Origin: Armatimonadia bacterium
GTDB taxonomy: Bacteria > Armatimonadota > Zipacnadia > Zipacnadales > JABUFB01
Direction of reading: 5' to 3'
Assembly (NCBI GenBank): GCA_039679385.1
Contig: JBDKVB010000073.1
Span: forward strand, 17,539-81,538
DNA length: 64,000 nt
The translations under genes and the position numbers were made by a program. Position 1 is the first letter of the stretch. Every line of letters begins with the position of its first letter. Shown in pieces: positions 58,019 through 64,000 of this stretch. The notes under the pieces were generated by a model, which saw only the letters and a program-made list of their open reading frames with translations, ran no database searches and had not been told where the DNA came from.

Positions 58019-60031
58019 ATGAACCAGGACAACTTTGTAATGATCGACGGGCGCGAAATCCCGATCGAGGGCGAGGCCAACTTGCTGGAGCTGTGCCGCA
58101 AGGCCAACATCGACATTCCCACCTTCTGCTACCACTCACACCTGAGCGTCTACGGCGCTTGCCGCCTGTGTCTGGTCGATGTGGAGGGGCGCGGCATCGT
58201 CACTTCCTGCTCCACCGCGCCGACGCCGGGGATGAAGCTGCGCACGAACACCGACGAGATCCGCCAGATGCGCAAGATCGCCATTGAGCTGCTCTTGGCC
58301 AACCATGACCAGAGCTGCCCGACCTGCCCCAAGAGCGCAACTTGCCGGCTCCAGGACTTGACCCGTCGGCTCGGGGTTACCGAGGTCCGCTTCAAGCGCA
58401 CCCAGAAGGAGGCGCCCCGTGACCTCAGTTCGCCCTCCCTCGTGCGCGACCCCAACAAGTGCATCCTCTGCGGCGACTGCGTCCGCGTGTGTGCCGAGAT
58501 CCAGGGCATCGGCGCCATCGACTTCGCCAACCGCGGAAGCCATGTCTGTGTTGTGCCCGCCTTTGGCAAGGATCTGGGTACGGTCGAGTGTGTGAACTGT
58601 GGCCAGTGTGCTGCCGTCTGTCCGACCGGAGCACTCACCCCGCGCTCAGAGATCGACGATGTCTGGAAGGACCTCAACAACCCGGACAAGCTGGTCGTGG
58701 CCCAGATCGCGCCGGCCGTACGTGTAGCGCTGGGCGAGTCCTTCGGCCTCGAGCCGGGAGCCCTGACCATCGGGCAGATCGTCGCAGCCTTGCGAGCCAT
58801 GGGGTTCGACAAGGTCTATGACACCTGCTTCGCCGCCGACCTGACCGTGATGGAGGAAGGCAACGAGTTCCTGCAGCGCGCTGCCAAAGGCGAGAAGCTC
58901 CCGCAGTTCACCTCCTGCTGCCCGGGCTGGGTCAAGTTCGCCGAGCAATACTACCCGGAGCTGCTTCCGAACCTGTCCTCCTGTCGCTCGCCGCAGCAGA
59001 TGTTCGGCTCGCTGGCCAAGGAAATGCTGCCTGTGGAGCTTGGCATTGACCGCTCCAAGATCGTCGTCGTCTCCATCATGCCCTGCACTGCAAAGAAGTT
59101 CGAGGCCCGACGCAGCGAGTTCCGCCATGAGGGCATCCCGGACGTCGACCATGTGCTGACCACCCAGGAACTGGCCCTGATGATCGAGGGCGCCGGTATC
59201 AGCTTCAACAAGCTGCAGCCCGAGTCGCTGGACCTCCCCCTGGGCTTCAAGACCGGAGCCGGCATCATCTTCGGAGTCACCGGCGGCGTCGCTGAGGCCG
59301 TCCTGCGACTTGCGGCCGAGAAGATCTCAGGCATCAAGCTCGACAATCCGGACTTCAAGATCGTCCGCGGTGAAGACGGGGTCCGCGAAGCCACCCTCAA
59401 GTTCGGTGACAAGGAGCTCAAGCTCGCCGTCGTCCATGGTCTTGCCAACGCCCGCAAGGTAGCTGAGAAGGTCCGTGCCGGGGAGACGGACTACGACCTT
59501 ATCGAGGTCATGGCCTGCCCCGGTGGCTGTGTCGGCGGCGCCGGTCAGCCCGTAACGATCGACGCCAATGCCCGGACGCAGCGCGCTGCCGGGCTGTATG
59601 CGGCCGACAAGATGGTCCAGCTCCACAAGTCGCAGGAGAACCCCTACGTTGCCCAGGCCTACGACATGACCCTGGGCGAGGTCGGCGGGCCCAAGGCGCA
59701 CCAGCTCCTGCACACCCACTACCACAGCCGCAAGCGTATCAGCGACGAGGATCTCACGCTCACCGGCGGTGAGGAGCCTGCACGCCTGAGCGTCAACGTG
59801 TGTGTGGGTACGAGCTGCTTCGTCCGTGGCGCTCAGAACCTGCTCCATCGCCTGCTGGACTACGTGCAGGACCAGGGGCTTAACGACACCGTTGAGGTCA
59901 ACGCCACCTTCTGCTTCGAGCGCTGCGATCGCGGGCCGACCGTCGCCGTTGGCGACACGGTCATCGAGAAGTGCACCTTCGACAAGGCGACAGCGGCAAT
60001 CCAGGAGGCCCTGGAGAAGATCGTAGCCTGA
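58019..60031 (+). CDS. hydA: [FeFe]-hydrogenase catalytic subunit HydA with C-terminal thioredoxin-like 2Fe-2S domain
   Basis: NuoG-like N-terminus. H-cluster motifs L1 TSCCPGW, L2 MPCTAKKFE, L3 EVMACPGGCVGGAGQP. C-terminal CVGTSC...CFERCDRGP. Confidence 0.9.
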   Translation: MNQDNFVMIDGREIPIEGEANLLELCRKANIDIPTFCYHSHLSVYGACRLCLVDVEGRGIVTSCSTAPTPGMKLRTNTDEIRQMRKIAIELLLANHDQSCPTCPKSATCRLQDLTRRLGVTEVRFKRTQKEAPRDLSSPSLVRDPNKCILCGDCVRVCAEIQGIGAIDFANRGSHVCVVPAFGKDLGTVECVNCGQCAAVCPTGALTPRSEIDDVWKDLNNPDKLVVAQIAPAVRVALGESFGLEPGALTIGQIVAALRAMGFDKVYDTCFAADLTVMEEGNEFLQRAAKGEKLPQFTSCCPGWVKFAEQYYPELLPNLSSCRSPQQMFGSLAKEMLPVELGIDRSKIVVVSIMPCTAKKFEARRSEFRHEGIPDVDHVLTTQELALMIEGAGISFNKLQPESLDLPLGFKTGAGIIFGVTGGVAEAVLRLAAEKISGIKLDNPDFKIVRGEDGVREATLKFGDKELKLAVVHGLANARKVAEKVRAGETDYDLIEVMACPGGCVGGAGQPVTIDANARTQRAAGLYAADKMVQLHKSQENPYVAQAYDMTLGEVGGPKAHQLLHTHYHSRKRISDEDLTLTGGEEPARLSVNVCVGTSCFVRGAQNLLHRLLDYVQDQGLNDTVEVNATFCFERCDRGPTVAVGDTVIEKCTFDKATAAIQEALEKIVA

Positions 60032-60191
60032 TCCGCGTGGCCCAAGAGCCCGTCACTTTCCGAAAGGTCAACCATCGTTGGGAAGGTCGGGGAAGGGAGG
60101 GGTCGAATCTGACCGTCAGGGGTACAGTGGAGACACTGGATGCCGGTCAGCTCGGGCCCTCCCCCCACTTTTGACACGGACGGAGCCTTCC

Positions 60192-61970
60192 ATGGACACT
60201 GAGCAGAGCAGGAGTCGCATCGTCTTCACCAACAAGGCGCGCTGCCGCGACTGCTACCGGTGCGTGCGGGTGTGCCCGGTGAAGGCCATTCGAATGGAGG
60301 ACGGCCAGGCCCACGTGGAAGAGGACCGCTGCATCGCCTGCGGGACGTGCATCCGTGAGTGCCCGCAAGGCGCCAAGACCTTCCGCGATGACACCTCCCG
60401 GGCCAAGGAGATCATGGCAGGCGGAGGGCCCATCGCCGCCAGCGTTGCCCCTTCCTTCGCCGCCGTGTTCACCGAGTGGGAGCGCAAGCGTCTGCCCTCA
60501 GCCCTGCGCAAACTCGGCTTCTCCTACGTCGCCGAGACCGCGATCGGTGCGTACCACGTGGCCCACAAGACGGCCGAGCTAGTGGCCGCCGACCCCACGC
60601 ATTCCCACGTCTGCACCGCCTGTCCTGCCGCCGTCACCTACATCGAGCGCTACCAGCCCGACCTTGTCGGCTACCTCACACCCGTGTGTTCCCCGATGGT
60701 CGCTCACGCCCGGCACATCAAGGCCAACCTCGGACCGGATACCCACGTTATCTTCATCGGTCCCTGCGTTGCCAAGAAGGCCGAAGCTGAGCGACCCGAG
60801 AACGAGGGTGCCGTGGACTGTGTCCTCACCTTCCGCGAGCTGGTGCAGTGGCTCGACCAGGAGAGCATTCTGCTAGCCGAGTGCGAGGAGAGCGGCTTCG
60901 ATGAGCAGCCCGAGGGCGATGCCCGCTTCTTCCCCCTCGAAGGTGGAAGCCTGCGCACCGCCTGCCTCGACGCCAACCTGCTCGCCACCGACAACGTATC
61001 GGTCAGCGGCGCCGAAGCCGTCCATGAGGCGCTGGAGAGCCTGCGCAACGACCCCGCACCGGTTGTCATCGAGCCACTGTTCTGTCCGCACGGCTGTGTG
61101 GGTGGCCCCGCGATTCCGCGCGAAGCAAACCTCTACGACCGCCGTCGTGAGGTGCTCGGCTACGCGACACGGAATCCAGGTACCGAGCCCGGAGAGCCTG
61201 AGCCTGAGGAGGCCCTCAAGGCCGAGTTCACCGACAAGCCCCTGGTCGAGGAAGTCGAGATCACCGAAGAGAAGATCCGCGAGGTCCTGGCGCGCACCGG
61301 AAAGGTCACGCCCGAGGATGAGCTCAACTGCACCGCCTGCGGCTATCCGACTTGCCGCGACAAGGCGATCGCCGTCCTACGTGGCCTCGCCGAGCCCGAG
61401 ATGTGCATCCCGCACATGCGACGACTCGCGGAGCAGCGCACCGATCGCATCATCGAGACCAGCCCCAACGGCATCGTGATCGTCGACGAGCACATGGACA
61501 TCCTCAGCATGAGCCCGGCTTTCCGCCGCATGTTCATGTGCACCGAGGCCGTCCTGGGCAAGCGCATCTCCTACCTCATGGACCCCGACCCCTTCGAGCG
61601 TCTGGCCTCGACGGGTGAAGACCTCCTCGAGATGACCGTGACCCATGAGCGCTACGGGATTGTCTGCCACCAGATCCTCTACCCGCTGCGTGAGGAGCAC
61701 CAGTACGTGGGCATCTTCGTCAACGTCACCCGAGGGGTCGCAGACCGACAGAAGCTTGACCAGCTCCGCGCTCAGACCGTGAATCAGGCCCAGCAACTGC
61801 TGCAGCACCAAATCACGATGGCCCAGCAGATCGGCAAGTTCCTTGGCGAGAGTGCGGCGCAGGGCGAGAAGCTCGTGCAGAATCTTATGCAGATGGCGGG
61901 CGAAGAGCACGAGCCAACCGGGAAGGAGGGAGACGACTGGCTGGCCGATACCTACACGTCGAAGTCCTAG
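60192..61970 (+). CDS. hydS: sensory (group C) [FeFe]-hydrogenase-like protein with C-terminal PAS domain (HydS/HfsB-like)
   Basis: N-terminal 2x[4Fe-4S] ferredoxin. H-domain with variant motifs (TACPAAV for L1, GPCVAKK for L2, LFCPHGCVGGPAI for L3). An additional Cys cluster CTACGYPTC. A C-terminal PAS-like region. Confidence 0.75.
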   Translation: MDTEQSRSRIVFTNKARCRDCYRCVRVCPVKAIRMEDGQAHVEEDRCIACGTCIRECPQGAKTFRDDTSRAKEIMAGGGPIAASVAPSFAAVFTEWERKRLPSALRKLGFSYVAETAIGAYHVAHKTAELVAADPTHSHVCTACPAAVTYIERYQPDLVGYLTPVCSPMVAHARHIKANLGPDTHVIFIGPCVAKKAEAERPENEGAVDCVLTFRELVQWLDQESILLAECEESGFDEQPEGDARFFPLEGGSLRTACLDANLLATDNVSVSGAEAVHEALESLRNDPAPVVIEPLFCPHGCVGGPAIPREANLYDRRREVLGYATRNPGTEPGEPEPEEALKAEFTDKPLVEEVEITEEKIREVLARTGKVTPEDELNCTACGYPTCRDKAIAVLRGLAEPEMCIPHMRRLAEQRTDRIIETSPNGIVIVDEHMDILSMSPAFRRMFMCTEAVLGKRISYLMDPDPFERLASTGEDLLEMTVTHERYGIVCHQILYPLREEHQYVGIFVNVTRGVADRQKLDQLRAQTVNQAQQLLQHQITMAQQIGKFLGESAAQGEKLVQNLMQMAGEEHEPTGKEGDDWLADTYTSKS

Positions 61971-62011
61971 CAGCTCAGCAGTCGAAGAAGCCCGGTGACC
62001 CCTGCGGAGAC

Positions 62012-63091
62012 GTGTACGCCTTCGAGCGGACGGCCACTGCGACGACGCTGGTGTGCGCCGACGGGATCGGCTCGGGCATCAAGGCCAACGTGGCCGCCAA
62101 CATGGCCGCCTCCCGTCTGCTGGAGCTGCTACGTCAGGGCTTCTCTCAGCGCGAGGCCTTCTCGCATGTCGTCCAGACCATGGAGGACGCCAAGCACGCG
62201 GACCTGCCCTACGTGGCCTTCAGCCTCGCACGGATCCTCAACGGCGGCGAGACGACGGTCCTGTCCTACGAGGCGCCGGGACCGCTTCTGGTCGGACGAC
62301 GCCACACGGCGATCCTGCCTCAGCACAACGTGATGCTGGGCGCTGCTCTGACCCTGGAGTCCAACTGCCACCTGGAGCCGGGCGAGGGCATCCTGCTCAT
62401 GACTGACGGCATCACGCAGGCCGGTCTCGGAGGCAGTACACGAGGCGGTTGGAAACTGGAGGGCGCCACCAGACACGCCACGGACCTGCTTGCCAATGGT
62501 GTGCCGCCGGATAGCCTGCCCGCACGCATGAACCAGCGGGCCGTTCAGCTAAGCGCTGGCACAGCCGGCGACGACTGCACAACCGTCCTGGCCCTCTGTC
62601 GGCTGGGGAAGGTCGTGACCGTCTTCACCGGGCCGCCGGTGGACGCGAAGAAGGACCGCGAGGTGGCTCGCAACTTCCTCGCCGCCGAGGGGACCAAGGT
62701 CATCTGCGGGGCCACCACGGCCGACATCATCGCCAGGTACCTCGGAACCAAGGTCACCATCGACCGAAGCAGCCAGAGCATGCTGGCGCCTCCCGGCTAC
62801 CTACTCGACGGCATCGATCTGGTCACCGAGGGGTCCGTCACCCTCAACCAAGTCTACAACGTTCTGGATGTAGACCCCTCGCAGTTCGACGAAGACAGCG
62901 GCGTCACCAGCCTCTACGAACACTTGGTCCATGCGGACCGCGTGAACTTCATCCTGGGCACCGCGCAGAACCCCGCAAACTGGCACATCAGCTTCCAGCA
63001 GCGGGGCCTGCTGCCTCGCACCAAGATCGTGGAGCTCCTGGCCGAGAAGCTCCGCGAGGCAGGCAAGCTCGTCGTCATCCAGCGGGTCTAG
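62012..63091 (+). CDS. PP2C-family (SpoIIE-like) Ser/Thr phosphatase with C-terminal extension
   Basis: PP2C motifs (LVCADGIGSGIKANVAANMAAS...LLMTDGI...GDDCTTVLAL). GTG start. About 150-aa extra C-terminal domain. Confidence 0.65.
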   Translation: MYAFERTATATTLVCADGIGSGIKANVAANMAASRLLELLRQGFSQREAFSHVVQTMEDAKHADLPYVAFSLARILNGGETTVLSYEAPGPLLVGRRHTAILPQHNVMLGAALTLESNCHLEPGEGILLMTDGITQAGLGGSTRGGWKLEGATRHATDLLANGVPPDSLPARMNQRAVQLSAGTAGDDCTTVLALCRLGKVVTVFTGPPVDAKKDREVARNFLAAEGTKVICGATTADIIARYLGTKVTIDRSSQSMLAPPGYLLDGIDLVTEGSVTLNQVYNVLDVDPSQFDEDSGVTSLYEHLVHADRVNFILGTAQNPANWHISFQQRGLLPRTKIVELLAEKLREAGKLVVIQRV

Positions 63092-63129
63092 GCCCCTGCA
63101 CGAAGTCCCATGTGTGGCGCCGGTCCGCC

Positions 63130-64000
63130 TCAGCGCGCCACAAAGCTGAAGACCCGGAACTCCTCAGCGCCCCAGGTACTCTCAGGGCAGAACCGCAGCC
63201 CCTCCAGGACCTGGCTCAGCTTCACCTTGACCAGCCGCTGGTGGTTGTCGGCCTCCCGGTACAGCTCCTGCCACTGCCCCTTCACACAGCCCTCCACACG
63301 GAACCCGCGAACTAGCGTGCGAGGCATCACCAGAGCCGGTGCTCCAGTGTGCGTGCAGGTGATGCGGATGTTGGTGTTGAGGTCACTATCGAGGACCAGG
63401 AACACCTCCTCTATCCGTCGCGCCTCGGCGAAGGTGTACTCAACGGCCTCGCCGACATGGCCCACCCACGCATGGGACTCGTCGCCCACGGGCCTGCTGA
63501 ACCCATCGCGAAGCGCCTCGGGGTTGCCCGGCCCGGACAGCTTGGCCGAGCCTATCGGCTCTGGAATCTGCATCGGCGTCCAGGGCAGGTAGCAGTCATC
63601 CCACAGGAGCCGCTGTTGCAGTTCCCCCATGTGTGCGTTGATATCCCGCGGCAGGACACCGCGGGCAATCGCCATGGCCGCCGCTGTACCGACCGCTTCA
63701 CCCATGATCGCGCAGGTGGCCATCACCCGCGTCGAGCTCATCGCCGAATGGGTGGCGCTGATGTTGCGGCCTGCGAACACCAGGTTCGCGATGTTGCGCG
63801 AGTACAGGCAGCGATAGGGGATCCCATAGGGCGCCGGAGCCGGGTGGAAGATACTAGGGGGCTCGCCCAGTTTGACCGCCCTGAAGCCTGCCGGATGGTG
63901 GTCGTCCATGGACCACCCGCCGTAGGCGACGATGTCCTCGAACTTACCCTCTGCCTGCACGTCGTTCTGCGTGAGGATGTGATCCCCCACGTAGCGGCGG
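63130..64000 (-). CDS. FAD-dependent oxidoreductase, C-terminal part (gene runs off the window end)
   Basis: C-terminal FAD-binding signature (VFAGRNISATHSAMSSTRVMATCAIMGEAVGTAAAMAI). The N-terminus lies beyond position 64000. Confidence 0.55.
   Translation of the reverse strand, partial: RRYVGDHILTQNDVQAEGKFEDIVAYGGWSMDDHHPAGFRAVKLGEPPSIFHPAPAPYGIPYRCLYSRNIANLVFAGRNISATHSAMSSTRVMATCAIMGEAVGTAAAMAIARGVLPRDINAHMGELQQRLLWDDCYLPWTPMQIPEPIGSAKLSGPGNPEALRDGFSRPVGDESHAWVGHVGEAVEYTFAEARRIEEVFLVLDSDLNTNIRITCTHTGAPALVMPRTLVRGFRVEGCVKGQWQELYREADNHQRLVKVKLSQVLEGLRFCPESTWGAEEFRVFSFVAR

Noticed and set aside
1-64000. Search for CRISPR arrays, tRNA/rRNA genes, transposases, integrases or phage genes
   Set aside because: I saw no direct-repeat arrays, tRNA-like cloverleaf candidates in intergenic gaps, or transposase/integrase/phage motifs in any ORF. 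tRNA absence is by-eye only and should be confirmed with tRNAscan-SE.

Overview
This is a high-GC (about 65-68%) bacterial chromosomal segment with no obvious mobile elements, CRISPR arrays, or rRNA/tRNA genes that I could recognise by eye. About half the window is housekeeping: ileS, a dksA-like gene, lspA-lgt-rluD, ald, infC-rpmI-rplT, trmH, pheST and thrS. The rest is signalling, envelope and redox functions. There are two large orphan hybrid histidine kinases: a 1616-aa multi-PAS/GAF kinase and a 7TM-PAS kinase. The second is followed by an unusual 592-aa protein whose C-terminal half is an HPr-kinase-like P-loop domain, and then by an MgtC/DUF4010 membrane protein. A lipoprotein, a PqqD-like RRE and a tandem (pseudo-)amidohydrolase are tightly coupled directly downstream of pheST, with no radical-SAM, YcaO or lasso partner nearby. 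An accessory-looking block (42.7-54.5 kb) holds a DUF4382-like lipoprotein, a Cys/His-rich orphan, a CHASE2 nucleotidyl cyclase, a heparinase II/III-like protein, a Hanks kinase with a PQQ beta-propeller and an ABC-2 exporter. The 3' end of the window encodes a Rex-controlled electron-bifurcating [FeFe]-hydrogenase HydCBA, followed by a sensory (group C) hydrogenase HydS with a PAS domain and a PP2C phosphatase. Candidate regulatory RNA and DNA elements are a T-box-like leader with an intrinsic terminator upstream of pheS, a non-AUG start for infC, sigma70-like promoters for infC, thrS and rex, and a palindrome overlapping the rex promoter. The most likely candidates for an undescribed system are the PqqD plus tandem-amidohydrolase module and the hybrid HK plus HprK-like kinase module. 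Both assignments rest on motifs read from the translated ORFs and are not verified by any search.
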